DNA of 64,000 nt from Macrostomum lignano (lineage: Eukaryota). Each line of letters begins with the position of its first letter. Position 1 is the first letter of the stretch. Under the pieces are notes generated by a model. It had not been told where the DNA came from and searched no databases. It worked only from the letters and a program-made list of their open reading frames with translations. Positions 48,768 to 61,605 of this stretch are shown in pieces. The DNA lies in contig NIVC01000150.1 of assembly GCA_002269645.1 (NCBI GenBank), forward strand, positions 310,001 to 374,000, given 5' to 3'. The position numbers were made by a program, and so were the translations under genes.

Positions 48768-50268
48768 AAATAGATGCGCGCTCACACTACTTTGTCGATG
48801 AAGAGGGAATGACTAGCCATAGGTTTGTCTTTAGCCACTCGGGGTTTTCGCGAGCTCCTATGAGGCGAAAGCTTAGTATGTTGCGAGAGTCTAAAGTTAC
48901 CCATCTAGATAATATAAAATCTGTGCTTTGGACTGCGTGGTTTTGAGTTTGAAGAGAGGAAGAAGAATTTTTGCTAAGCAAAATGCAGAGAAGCTACTTT
49001 GCTTTATGACATCTGCAAAATCACGGACACAGTGATTGGAATCACGGTCTACGACTGCCCAAACTACGCTTTTGAATGTCCACCTGGAACAGATTCCACA
49101 GGTTTCCATCAGACCGTGATCGGTGGGTTGCAGATTACTAAATGACCAACTTCGTCATTCTCTCTATAGAAGCCTTCGTACCTTTCGTACTTTTATCTAC
49201 ATTTAGCATCTGCGACTGAAATAATTAACATTACAGGTGTGAAGATTAAGCTTGCCGGATATTCCGAGCTGATCTTATGCGCAAGAAGTTCGAGCACAAA
49301 TGGGCGAATGCTGTTGTATGCAGTCAGCACTTCGAGGACCACATGTACATGTGTCCGAAAAATCGTCACGAGGCTGACAGTCGACTTGCTTGGAATGCAA
49401 TTCCTACGCTAAAGCTCTACGAGCAAGCCGTAACAAAGCAAATACATCGGCCGCCTCCAAAGCAGAGAACTGATTCTCCAGCATCTCTGCATCAAACTCG
49501 CGTAAGTGACAAAGTGCAAAACGAAAACGAAGTTCCTAGTTTTGCCGAGACTGCAAGTGAGCGGCATGATAAGCCAAAGGGAAGGAAACCCGTTCCAAGA
49601 GCAACTTTGGGGTTCGCCTGCTAAAAAAGCCGGAATAATGAAAAAACTAAAGCGGCGAGTTTCTAAGCTGGAGCAAGATGCAAGATGAAATCTGCATAGG
49701 TGGCTTCCAGTCGCAATTCTGCAAAAATTTCTAAATTCTCCGGCTTCAATCATTTGGTACAGGATTTCATCGAAGATCAAAAGAAAAATGCTAAAAGGCT
49801 TCGTCCAAGTTGGTCACGGTCTTCACTCCGAATTGCAACAGGTCTACTACACTTCAGTCCTAGATGCCACCGTTTCCTCAGAGATTGGATTCAAACTTCC
49901 AAGCCGCGTCACGATTCGGCGAAAGATCGGAGGCTGTCTACGCCAACCTGGCGTACTTGCCTGTACTTGCTTTCACCGTTTTCTTGTATTGCATTGCCTC
50001 CATTGTTCTTATGACGGACTTTATCAAAGTATGTTTTCCTTTTATGAGCATGCATACTTGCATCATTTATATAAAAAACGTACATTTAAACCGTTTAAAG
50101 CATTATAATACATAGAAAGATATGATACCTTGAGTTAGTATTTTTTGTACTGAAAAATCGACTATCGTATAGCAGTTTTATCGCAAATCACAGCTATAGT
50201 CGATGGCTACTCATTCCTCTTCATCGACAAAGTAGTGTGAGCGCGCATCTATTTCTACTCAGTTCTAT
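48768..50268 (+). mobile_element. Truncated THAP/P-like DNA transposon with ~50-bp inverted repeats
   Basis: IR AAATAGATGCGCGCTCACACTACTTTGTCGATGAAGAGG at 48768 and its reverse complement ending at ~50254. It encodes THAP VCSQHF...AIPT and P-type WS..SL...SPR...LPSRVTIRR; the catalytic domain is absent. Confidence 0.7.
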
Positions 50269-51643
50269 TCTTAAAAAACGCTGACTGAGAATTCTGTGTA
50301 AGTTCTGTGCATTATTCCCCATTGGTTTTTATTTATTTTGACGACCTGAGAAAGCGTATGTTCCAAATAAAGGCGTCCAAGCGTTTTTAATCGAAAACGA
50401 GCTGTCGTACGATCTGATTTGAGTGCCACCAACTATTTTAAAAACTATTTGCGCCTTTTCTAATCAACACAGAGAACCCAGGGGGTCTGTTCTGTGCACT
50501 CTAAACATTGATTTGCTTTCGAGCTGGTCTGAATTGGTTCTTCAACCTTAACCGTCCAGGTGTAAACATTATTGGAGACACCGTGTTTTCTGCTGCCAAT
50601 CGAATGCTACGGTCTATGGAGCAAAAATTAAAACATGTCAACCATCTAATCAACCAAAGACTCGAGATGAGTTTTCTGCTATCGAGAATAACGATCTGGT
50701 CAAAATCATGGGCTACTTTGTTTGGGAAAATGGCGAAGTACTTCAGCAGGAGATGATATTCCACCTTATCTACTACAATTACGAGTAGGACTACGTGGAG
50801 GAGAGACGTTGCCATTGCTATCCAAGACAAGCTTCGTCTTTCTGCGAGTAGAAGACTCGAAAGGCAAAGAGTATGTGGTCATAAATTATGACATCATCAG
50901 CAAAAATTCGAAGGCTTCGTTGAAATCGAGCGAGTTCAAGGATGCCAAGAAAGCACGCATGTACACCACCGAGGGCTCGACGAATTGTCCTGTGTCGGCT
51001 CTGCGTATGTATATACAGCGCTTGAATTGAACATCGATACTCTCTTTCCAAAGCCGTGCATGAACATTTCTAACGGCCTGGCCAATCAACGCTGGTACTG
51101 TGGTACACGTCATCTGGGCAAAAATTCAATCGATCAACTGATGAGTAATTTGTCTACTAAACTTGCCCTCTCTAAGCGTTATACCAACCCAGGGACTACT
51201 CAATTCTCCGGACGGGAAACGGCCAAATCATGCAGAAAAAAGATGGAGGCCGATTTTCTCTGTTCTCTGCTGATCTTATGTTTTATCGCAAGAGCTTCAG
51301 CTTTTCACTATGTACACAAAATTTATCCCTCTTCAACTTCCTGTAGCCTGTTTCTACTCAAATAATTTCGGATAAATGCTAGGAGACATTTTATACAGTA
51401 CCCCTTTAATACACAAACTCGATGCTTGATAAGCCAAGTGCATCTGTTGTAGAAGTCTATGGGAAACATTGAAGCAAGAAGTGAAAGCCTGTATTATGTG
51501 ATGGCCTATAAGGACTGATACCATAGAATGCAAATAAATAGTCAACTTTGGACTCCCCTGTGAGTTAACTTGGCTGGGTAGCCACGACACGACAGAAATT
51601 TTCATTTGCTCTTCCTAATTTTGCTTTGCGTTTTTTCGCATTC

Positions 51644-53449
51644 ATGCCAAGGAAATGCTGTGTGCAATCATGCAAGTCGAACTATTTGAACGAAAAAACT
51701 TCTGTTAAAGTCTTTACTTTCCCAAACGATCCTATAGAGAAGGAAAAATGGCGACTGGCTCTACCAAATGTCATCAAGGTGAGTCGAGCAGTAAACTGGT
51801 AATAATGAAATTCGTGATTTTACTCTCTACTGGGCAAGTTGGAGAGACAGTGCATTGTCTCTCTTGTTCGGAAGGACAAGTTTTGCGAGGTATTGTTTCT
51901 GTAGCACACCGCTCATAATTCTATCATTCGACGGTTCCGCTGAGAGATCTGCTAGGATTCCAGCCTACATTGAAGTATTTTTCACAACTCGATGCCATTA
52001 TCGTTCGATGCATGAATTTTCAACTTGAGTTGAAAGCGATGTCGTCGTCATTTCTTCAAGTGGTGGAATAAGAAAATACTGTCATCACGAATCCATCGAT
52101 ACAGTTTTTAATTTCACAACTACAGCTAATTTCTACAAGTCCAGTGAGTCGTCGGTACGACATTGCCACACTAAGGCAGTCAGCTCTTATCTATTTAATC
52201 AGCAGTTCAGCTTACTCTCAACTTCGCACTCTGTTGCCACTGCCACATCAAAGAACTCTCCGTACAAATTTGGCCGGTCTTGGAGAGATTGGAACTGCAG
52301 CCGATTCTGATGAAACTATTCGAACAGTTTTTTCTGCACTTCGCGGCACCCAGCTGAACTGCGTTTTACTATTTGACGATTCCACGATACTGCAAAGTTT
52401 GTAGAATCTATTGTTAAGTTTTGGAAAACAGTTAATTGCTGCAACCCTTATTTGCACATACGACTGAACGATCCTGATCGAAAGCCAATTTCCTCGATTT
52501 CGAACGAACGTTTAGTATTCTTAAGTGCCTTGGCGCAGGCTGTGTCTGAACGTGGCGGTGGTAGAGGACGAAGTCGACATCAATGCCTTACGACCGAGAC
52601 CAAAAACGCATTATGTAACAGTCTGTTCGGTGTGGTAGAAATGTGTCACCAACTGCTGGAAACCGGTGCTATGCAGTATGTTCTGCTATCTGAATTCAAC
52701 ACTGATCCTTTAGAAGGTGAATTCGGAGTCTATCGCCAAATGAGTGGAGGCAACTATTTTATTTCAGTCGAACAAGTTTTTCTTAGCGCCCGACTGAGAC
52801 GAATGAAGCTCTTTACATCGCTTGAATTGTCCGACTTCAGTCACCAACAGAGCCACTGCTGCGACAGTCAACTATCAGATGAGGAATTAGGGACAGTCGA
52901 CAGTTGCTGCATTTCTGCGGAGAATTTGACATCGCATGAGAATGCTGCCCTATATTACATTTCAGGTAAGTTTCAAATTGCTTCTTCAAGCAATTTTGTA
53001 TTCTTGCACGAGTATAATAATATTCGTATATATATATATATATATCTACTTTCATTTATCTTTTTGGTTTTAACTACCTAGGCTACGTTGCAGCAAAGGA
53101 AGGAATTCCCGCTGACGCAGAAGCAGCACGAAATGAACCATGCGAATTTACGGAGCTTGTTTCCCGTGGAAAGCTAGCGCATCCACCAGAATGGCTTTTC
53201 CAATTCTCACGCCTTTGTTATGCTAGCTTCACATCATATTCACCAAGCTGTGCAACCCGTGTGCAACAGATATTCAATGCTATCGCCGAATATTTCTTTC
53301 CAGATAAGGACATTCATACCACTTCGGTGACTCGTCGCCTATCAAACTGCTTTTTCAAAGGACTTGTGCGAAACTGCAAAACTGCAGAACAAACACCAGA
53401 CGCAAGTGATCGTAAAATCACAAAGCTACGCAGTTCGTCTCGTTTATAA
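51644..53449 (+). pseudogene. Internally deleted multi-exon THAP/P transposase
   Basis: MPRKCCVQSC...FTFP...KW (THAP), SSSAYSQLR..LPLPH.RTL, LLFDD, FNTDPLEGEFGVYRQMSGGNY, YYIS|GYVA. The central catalytic region is missing. Confidence 0.85.
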
Positions 53450-54221
53450 GCGCGATTGATACCGACTGAGACTACTGGATTACGAATTCGATTTGTCGCA
53501 TTGCTTATATTTGCTTATGTTGTGTCACTACACGTGATCGAAACAGCCCCCTAAGAACGCTCTGCAGTGATCGAGCCTGGAGATGGCGTCAGCCCACTGA
53601 CCGGACTGACTCCGTAACTGAGCGTGGGGTCGCGTCGAGGTAGGGTAGTCAGTCCGTCCCTGAGGTGTACAGTACCCACTTCGCACGAGGCCCAAATGAG
53701 TAATGAATGCGGGCGCAGGTCTTACTTTGATTTCCAATCTGCTCGACGATGGGCAAGGCAGCGAATTCGTCAATTTGTAGAACTGAGATTCTTGCTGTTG
53801 AAGTTTGTAGGTTCTGAAGAGTAGTCTAGTGTCAGGCGTCAACAAGCGCGCTCGCCCTGCCTACCGCCAGCAATTCTCTATTTATTTGGACTGCCTGGCG
53901 TAAGCCCTAGGGTCTCACGCCAGACAGCATTATCAAAACCCAACTTATTGGCCAATCACCAATTGACAAGGGCTAACAAAAGGGGGAGAGAGGGGCCAGA
54001 CCAGCCAATCCGGCTGGGTACGCATAAAGAAAAGGGGCAGGGCATAAGAGCTGATACACAACTGGGGGGGTTAGCGCAGGCAGAAATGGGGGGGTTGACA
54101 CAAACAGAATGGGGGGGGGGGGGCGCAGGCACACGGCCAGGAGGGGTGGGAGTGCAGTGCCGGGCGCACTTGACCGAGAGCCAGAGATTGCTCATCGGTG
54201 CAAGTGCACCCGGGCACAACA

Positions 54222-54233
54222 CCCTCCCCCTCC
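54222..54233 (-). promoter_or_regulatory. Polypurine tract
   Basis: GGAGGGGGAGGG immediately 5' of the 3' LTR on the minus strand. Confidence 0.85.
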
Positions 54234-54319
54234 ACGAAAAGAGGGTTCGTACCATAGACGAAGGACTGTGCAATGACGACATGAGCATTTGTTATTGTCA
54301 GCTGGCATTTTACACACAG

Positions 54320-54970
54320 TTAAATATTATAAAATTCACGCGCAGCCGCAGCCAGTTGACCAGGTAGAGCCCCGTCGCTTCGCTTCTCAGCCAGCCAGGC
54401 CGCCGCCTTCCGGACATCAGTCGGCTTGCCCGGGTTTCCCGCGAATGGCGCTGACGAAGCGACTAGCAGCCGGTCGGAAGGTATCGCTGCGACGCGTTGG
54501 GCATGCCATCGGCTGTTGACGACCCGGGCGGTGACTTCAAATTTCAGTCTTGGCAACGACGCTAGGTACAGGTTGAGAGTGTCTTTGGGCCAGTCGGAAG
54601 ATTCGACAACTAGAATGCGACAGTTTGCAAAGTCCGACGCCACTAGCAACCGTAAGAACTGGTGCCAGGCCGAGCCACCGGGTTCGACTGGACTACGTCT
54701 ACGCTCTCGCAAACGAACCAGGAGGGGTAGATCCCGTTTCTTGGCTAGCCGAACCTGTAGCTCCAGGGCTGCCATTTGTTGCTCCACACTGATCGCAGTA
54801 TTCTGGACGTCCAACTCGGCTTCGCCGACAGCCACTACCCTTGCCCATCCTTGCCCAAAATACAATTACAACTGCATGAAAATACGAACCCGTACTGTAC
54901 TCAGCAACTTGGAGGCGCGATGAGAAGGGTGAGAATTAAACGTTCCAGAGCGATTGATAGACAGATTGGT
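54320..54970 (-). CDS. TatD-derived extra ORF inside the Gypsy, with one in-frame TAA at 54866-54868
   Basis: NSHPSH...VVAVGEAELD...LAKKRDLPLLVRLRE...IPSDRLLVASSAPF aligns by eye to TatD GxHP, VAIGExGLD, LPVVIHxR and IPLDRLLxETDxP. Several metal ligands are substituted. Confidence 0.75.
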
Positions 54971-54975
54971 ACAGA

Positions 54976-57900
54976 TTAATAGAGGATTGGGTCTCCGAAT
55001 CGACGTGGTGCAACTCCTCGATTCGCACGAACAGGGCGACGATTCAATTCTTGCTCGGGAGGAGCGGCTACAAGAGGCTGATGGTGTGTGACGCGCTGTG
55101 CCCAAATGGGCTCTGGTTCCAATTCAGCGTCACTGTTCTGCTCAGAGTCAAATACCGGCATCGGGGGATCAGGAGCTTCCGGGCGGGAATATCGCTCACG
55201 TGACCTGATTCCCGCCGCTGCTTGAGTCCTCCTCTGGGCAGGGACGTGGAACCTAGAGCTGGCATCGATTTTCCTTAGGTTGTTGAAATGGACTACTCTA
55301 GGCCTTCGCGCACCATCGTGCAGGATTCTGTAATTGACATCGGAAAATTTTTTCAGGACTTTGGCCGGGCCTTTCCAATAGCGGTGGAACTTCGGGATTT
55401 CATTCGGTTTAATGACGGGATCGTATTCTAGAACAAGATCACCTTCATTGATCTGAGTGCCACGAGCTTGGCTGTCATAAAGCTTCTTTTGCTTCCTCTG
55501 ATAGGTTCTGAGATTCTCCCTCACGGCCTCGTGTGCTTGCTGAAGGTCTTCAGCCAGTCGACGAGTGAACTTGGAGAAACTCTCTGGCACCCTCTCAGTC
55601 GGATTCTCAATGTCGATCGGGAGCTGCATCTCCCTACCAAACAGAATGTAGTGCGGAGTGTAGCCTGTGCCTCTATGCACGCTAGAACGATAGGCTAGCA
55701 AACCGGGCGCAATGAAGTCTTCCCAATCTTTGTCCTCCTGCTCTAACTGACACGTTAACATGTGCTTTAGAGTCCTATTAAAGCTTTCTGCTTGCCCATC
55801 CGCCATCGGATGATACGGAGTGGTTCGACACTTGCGGATGTCTAGCAGAGAACAAAGGTTCTTCATCAATGCTGATTCAAAGTTTGATCCCTGATCAGTG
55901 ACTATCTCCTGTGGACAACCGAATGATGAAATCCAGTGCGTGAAGATTGCACGGGCTACTGTCTTGGCACGCTGATTGGTTAACGGGATTGCACACGGCC
56001 ATTTACTGAATGCGTCTTGGATTGTCAAAACAAATCTCGACCCATGCTTGGACTTCGGCAAAGGACCAATGACGTCGCTCATGATTCTTTGGAACGGAAA
56101 TGAGCTCGGGATGGGTTGCAGTGGTGCCCTGCTTCTTGGCGATGGTTTGCACTTTGAGCACACTAGACATGTTCGGCAGAACTCTTCAACTCTCCGAGAC
56201 AGACCAGGCCACCAAAGCGTTGCTTAAACTTTCCTTGAGTCTTCTTAACTCCGAGGTGGCATCCACTGACGCCATCATGAAGAATTTTGGCGGCTTCCTC
56301 AAACAGGGAACTCGGAAGGAGGATTCTCTTCTGTGAGCTCTCCGGCACTGTCAGGAGCAGTAGCCCATCTTCTACGACTATTCGAGCCCTATGGGCCCAG
56401 ATCTCTCTCTCGACTAAACTACTGATCGGCTCATTTTGCAGCGCTTCACCTTCCAGGAGCTGCCTTACTCGTTTTAGAGCCGGGTCAATTCTCTGAGCCT
56501 CTCTGATGCACTTGACGCTGAGAGGTGATGCTAACACTGCAGCGTTCACCTGTTCAGGTGCTTGTGGCGAACTGTTACAGGAAGGGCACGACTCTTGGGC
56601 CCAATGCTTTCGAATTTTACGAGACAGACTGTCCGCATTCTGATGGAAAATTCCCTTCCTGTGCGAGATCTCAAAGTCGTAACGCTGTAGCGTCTCAAGC
56701 CATCTAGCACATTGCCCCTCGACGTCCTTAAGACTTGTCAGCCACGAAAGAGCGCTATGGTCTGTCCGTATCTTAAATTTCCTTCCCAGCAAATAGTACT
56801 TGTACAGCTTTACGAAGTGTACTATTGCTAGGAGTTCAAGTCTGGTAGTGCAGTAGTTCCTTTCACAATCTGCTAGCGACCTGGATCCATAGGCAATGAC
56901 GCGCTCTGACCCATCGGGTTGGCATTGCGACAAGACTGCACCGATCCCAATCTTCGAGCTGGCGTCGGTGTCCAGCACAAACGGTCCAGCTCCTTCGGAA
57001 AAGTCTGGATAGGCCATGATCTCCGCTGATGTTAGCGATTGCTTGAGTTCGGAAAACGCCTGCTGTTGCTCTGGGCCCCAAATATACTGTGAGTCCTTGC
57101 GCATGAGCTTGAACAACGCGGCTGCCTTTATTGAGAAGTCATTCACGAAATTTCTGTAGTAAGAGCAGAGGCCCAAAAATGACTGCAGTTCTTTTATATT
57201 CTTGGGTGTGGGCCAGTTTCGAATTTCTTCTGTCTTCGCAGGATCTGTCGCAATACCTTCAGACGATACGACGTGCCCTAAGAACTTGGCTTCCTTGGAC
57301 AGAAAATGGCATTTCTTGGCTTTCAAGCGGATCCCAGCAGTTCGTAAGCGATCGAAAACATGCTGGAGCCGCTCAAAATGCTCTTCGTAGGACTTTGAAA
57401 AAACTATTATATCGTCAAAATATACAAGACACTCTCTCCATGTCAGACCAGCCATAACAAGGTTCATCAGCTTGACGAAAGTCGCAGGGGCATTTCTTAG
57501 CCCAAAACTCACATATCGCCAGGCGAACTGACCTCTATTTGGAACTACGAATGCCGTCTTAAGTTGATCTTTAGGATCTAGCGGGCACTGGTGATAGCCT
57601 GAAGCCAAGTCCAGAGTTGAAAAAATAGCATTTCCTGCAAGTGCCTCTAAAGTTTCATCCATTCGCGGCGGCGGAAATGGGTCAGGATTGGTTACTTCAT
57701 TTAGTCGGCGATAATCCAGGCACAGCCTGATGGATCCGTCCTTCTTCCGCACAGGTACGACCGGGCTGACCCACGGGGATTGACACTCGTAGATCCTACC
57801 GCAGTCTATTAGCCTGTCAATTTCTTTATCGATTTCTGGCCTTATGTGCGGTGGGATGCGGCGTGGTGGTTCTCTAGTTGGCCTGGCGTCCCCGGTGTCT

Positions 57901-58757
57901 ATGGTATGCATTGCCTGGTCCGTTGAACCCAGCTCGCTATCGTCCTTGGCGAAGACATCTCTGTTCTGACGGATCAACTTTATGAACGACACCTGCTGGT
58001 CTTCGGACAAGTCCGGCGAGTCCCAACTGCCCAGATGCTCTACAGGATCCCAGTCTTTGTCGAGAGAAACCCGGTTAACTTGTGCTTTGGGTTCTTGATC
58101 GTGATTTGGTTGGCTGTCATGGACGGGCGAGAACCAGCCAATCTGCTTCCCTTTTGTTAGTACTACAGGTTCTCCCGACACATTGGTGATCTTGACAGGG
58201 ACGGAACCGTCAGCAGAGGGTACGACAACTGACCTAGCCAGCATCACGTGGCCTTCAGTCTGGGAGCGGGTCTCTGCCATTCCTAAGAACCGAAATTCCT
58301 TCACTCCTCTCCGACTCAGCTTAGCTCGAATGATTTGAGACCGATTTGCAGGAACTGTTTCCGATTTCGAAATGACTATCCGGCAGAGGATGGGTCGCTC
58401 AGAAGTCATACGAAAAGGAAAAGTTCCTACTGAAGTGACGATCTGAAGGTTCGCAAAATCCAATTTGGCTGCTTGGCAACGGAAAAAATCTGCACCAAGG
58501 ATGCAGTGATGCAGTATGTGTGAGACGACGACAAAGGTGTGGCAAAATCTATGCGAGCCAATCGAAAATTCCCCAACGCACTCACCCAGCACATTTATGA
58601 CATCGCCATTTGCAACTTGAATACTCTCTCCTATGTAGCTTGGCTTCAACACGGCTCGATTCGAGTTCCTCTTCCACGCGGCTTCACTTAACAGTGAGAT
58701 ACTCGAGCCGGAATCTAGCAAACATGCCATACTACTTGTTCTGCCTTCAAATATCAC
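54976..58757 (-). CDS. pol: Gypsy pol (protease, RT, RNase H, integrase) with a 1-nt frameshift near 56215
   Basis: LLDSGS, LCLDYR, YFDD, LDTDAS...TDH, zinc-binding H..CH...C..C, IVTDQGSNF, YHPMADGQAE. Confidence 0.95.
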
Positions 58758-58816
58758 ATCAACAAAACCAAGTTCTGTACCTTGTGCGGGTTGGCTCGGT
58801 GCGCTGGGTTGGGCCT

Positions 58817-59785
58817 CTACTGCTGGTTCGGGTGGGTGCCTGGGCGGCCCTGCCTCCAGGTCCCCTGACCGTTTCCCGTCTGCTGCTGGTCTCTCTGCAG
58901 TTTAAAACACCTGGCCCGTTTGTGACCGGACCGGTTGCAGTAATTGCAAACTATAGGATTTCTGCATTGCTGGGTCGTGTGGGTGGTCTCGAGGCAGCGA
59001 CCACACTGGAAAGTTCTCTGAGCTGGTGCTGCAGCCTGGGCAGGTTGGGGATTAGGGTGCTTATGATAGCGGACTCCAGTTCCCGATCCAGCCTTCAGGA
59101 CTTGCAGCTCCGCCCTCAGTTCTTTCAGCTCTTCGCGGAGCCTGACTGCCTCATCTTGCGTGTTACTTGCGGATACGTTCGCTGAGGGCCAAGGTTTCTC
59201 AGTGCTCGATTGAGCTGTGCGGAGGGATGCCATACCCTGTCTTACACGCCTACAAGCTGCGTCGAGGGTACCCGGTTCCTCCAATAGCAAGTGTTCACGA
59301 ATTCTATCGGCGATTCTGGCACCTAGCAGGAACCGGTCTCTTGCTAGCTCATCTCTCTGTTCTACCGGCAGGTTTGGGTAGGCCCGGCGGACAATTTCTC
59401 GAAGAGCGTCGGCATAATCTTCCACAGATTCATCCTTCTTCTGGTCCCGACCCCTCAGTTCGATCTTACTGTCCTGTGGGGTGTGATGCTGATTAAACCG
59501 CTGTGAAAGGCGCTCAACAAAATCGTCAAACTCTAGATCGTCCGGTAACTCAAGGTTGGCAATGGCTCGGTAAGCTGAGTTGAAGTCCATCATACTAAGT
59601 AGGTGCTGCTTCCTATCTTCCTCGGGGATTTCTGCAGCCTCACAATACGCTGTAAACTGCTGCATCCACAGAGCAAAATCCTGACTCAGCACAAACTTGG
59701 ATAGTCGGGGCACTCTTTGCCCTACGTTCAAATTATTCTGCACTCTAGCTGTAAGCGCATTGATGAGGTCGTCAACGTTGGCCAT
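58817..59785 (-). CDS. gag: Gypsy gag with two zinc knuckles
   Basis: QKKDESVEDY, CGRCLETTHTTQQC and CNYCNRSGHKRARC. Confidence 0.92.
   Translation of the reverse strand: MANVDDLINALTARVQNNLNVGQRVPRLSKFVLSQDFALWMQQFTAYCEAAEIPEEDRKQHLLSMMDFNSAYRAIANLELPDDLEFDDFVERLSQRFNQHHTPQDSKIELRGRDQKKDESVEDYADALREIVRRAYPNLPVEQRDELARDRFLLGARIADRIREHLLLEEPGTLDAACRRVRQGMASLRTAQSSTEKPWPSANVSASNTQDEAVRLREELKELRAELQVLKAGSGTGVRYHKHPNPQPAQAAAPAQRTFQCGRCLETTHTTQQCRNPIVCNYCNRSGHKRARCFKLQRDQQQTGNGQGTWRQGRPGTHPNQQ
58871..58877 (-). promoter_or_regulatory. -1 ribosomal frameshift slippery site G GGA AAC (gag-pol)
   Basis: The heptamer is in the correct gag phase, and the -1 frame reads open into ...ELGFVDVIFEGR of pol. 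Confidence 0.8.
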
Positions 59786-59934
59786 CGGGATTCGAAAGAC
59801 AACTTCAGGAAGAAAAGACTAAGAGATTGACTGGGATAGAGAAGGAGACAGACTAACAGTGCATAGATCTAAGAGGCGCGCAAGCTGCTAACAAATAAAC
59901 GTACAACCCAGGTTACAGTAAACTAAACTCCTAA

Positions 59935-59952
59935 ATCCTGGTCACGGCACCA
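59935..59952 (-). promoter_or_regulatory. Primer-binding site, tRNA-His-like
   Basis: TGGTGCCGTGACCAGGAT adjacent to the 5' LTR, complementary to the 3' end of tRNA-His(GUG) from memory. Confidence 0.75.
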
Positions 59953-61605
59953 GTGTTGTGTCACTACACGTGATCGAAACAGCCCCCTAAGAACGCTCTG
60001 CAGTGATCGAGCCTGGAGATGGCGTCAGCCCACTGACCGGACTGACTCCGTAACTGAGCGTGGGGTCGCGTCGAGGTAGGGTAGTCAGTCCGTCCCTGAG
60101 GTGTACAGTACCCACTTCGCACGAGGCCCAAATGAGTAATGAATGCGGGCGCAGGTCTTACTTTGATTTCCAATCTGCTCGACGATGGGCAAGGCAGCGA
60201 ATTCGTCAATTTGTAGAACTGAGATTCTTGCTGTTGAAGTTTGTAGGTTCTGAAGAGTAGTCTAGTGTCAGGCGTCAACAAGCGCGCTCGCCCTGCCTAC
60301 CGCCAGCAATTCTCTATTTATTTGGACTGCCTGGCGTAAGCCCTAGGGTCTCACGCCAGACAGCATTATCAAAACCCAACTTATTGGCCAATCACCAATT
60401 GACAAGGGCTAACAAAAGGGGGAGAGAGGGGCCAGACCAGCCAATCCGGCTGGGTACGCATAAAGAAAAGGGGCAGGGCATAAGAGCTGATACACAACTG
60501 GGGGGTTAGCGCAGGCAGAAATGGGGGGGTTGACACAAACAGAATGGGGGGGGGGGTGGCGCAGGCACACGGCCAGGAGGGGTGGGAGTGCAGTGCCGGG
60601 CGCACTTGACCGAGAGCCAGAGATTGCTCATCGGTGCAAGTGCACCCGGGCACAACACTTACTACTATTGGGATACTTTGTTATGCTTACTTTGTTTGTT
60701 CTGGTTCATGTGCGTTTTGCACTTACTTGTGGTTCTCTTGCCTTTCGCTCTTATCGTGTTTACTGTTCTTAATATGCTTGTTGTGAATGTTCTGTTTCTT
60801 GTGCTTATGCATTTGGTGTTGTTGAATAATTCTAGTGCACAATAGTGTGTATTCTAGCGCGATCGTTTTCCAAATCTTGGTATACATGTATTGACTATAT
60901 ACAACAGTTTTGTTAATCTTATATCTTATGTTGCATAACTTCTCGTATAATACAAGCTTTCACTTCTTGCTTCAATGTTTCCCATAGACTTCTACAACAG
61001 ATGCACTTGGCTTATCAAGCATCGAGTTTGTGTATTAAAGGGGTACTGTATAAAATGTCTCCTAGCATTTATCCGAAATTATTTGAGTAGAAACAGGCTA
61101 CAGGAAGTTGAAGAGGGATAAATTTTGTGTACTCGTACATAGTGAAATGCTGAAGCTCTTGCGATAAAACATAAGATCAGCAGAGAACAGAGAAAATCGG
61201 CCTCCATCTTTTTTCTGCATGATTTGGCCGTTTCCCGTCCCGAGAATTCAGTAGTCCCTGTACCAACCACTGCATTAGAGTTACGCACGTGACGATACTG
61301 AAGGAGAATGGTTTCTCAAACACTGTTATCGCGTCTAATACTGGCCACAAGAATCCGGAAAGCATAGAGGGCTACACACGAGTGAGGCGCGATGCCGACT
61401 TCCAATGTCCTCAGCACTGAGCGTGGCTTTTATCACATTGTCATATTGACTAGCCAACAGTGCAACGCAAAGCATTATGGTGCACGCTGACGAATCGATA
61501 AGCATCCATGATTAATTAGTCAATGGTTCTATCTATCGTCCAGTACAACGGTTTAAACAAGTTGAGGGACTGTTGAAAGAGCTGAGCTGCAAAGCTGTCT
61601 CAGTG

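Larger units (their letters stand above)
53518..60657 (-). mobile_element. Young full-length Ty3/Gypsy LTR retrotransposon
   Basis: 704-bp LTRs (53518-54221, 59954-60657), TG...CA, with visible differences mainly in homopolymer runs. CTTA TSD. Domain order PR-RT-RH-IN. Confidence 0.97.
51190..61260 (+). mobile_element. P-superfamily (THAP9-like) DNA transposon with ~300-bp TIRs and an 8-bp TSD, hosting a Gypsy
   Basis: Ends are CAGGGACTAC / GTAGTCCCTG. TSD TACCAACC at 51182-51189 and 61261-61268. TIRs ~51190-51495 and ~60950-61260. Confidence 0.92.
50480..61410 (+). pseudogene. Crypton YR copy F, split by the P element: ~50480-51189 plus 61261-61410
   Basis: RAGLN..., VGLRG, CPVSAL, HLGKN...KRYTN | HCIRVT...TGHKNPESIEGY. 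The frame resumes across the TSD. Confidence 0.85.

Noticed and set aside
53528-54367. ORFs inside the LTRs (duplicated at 59964-60845)
   Set aside because: Incidental frames in LTR sequence; homopolymer differences between the two LTRs change them.
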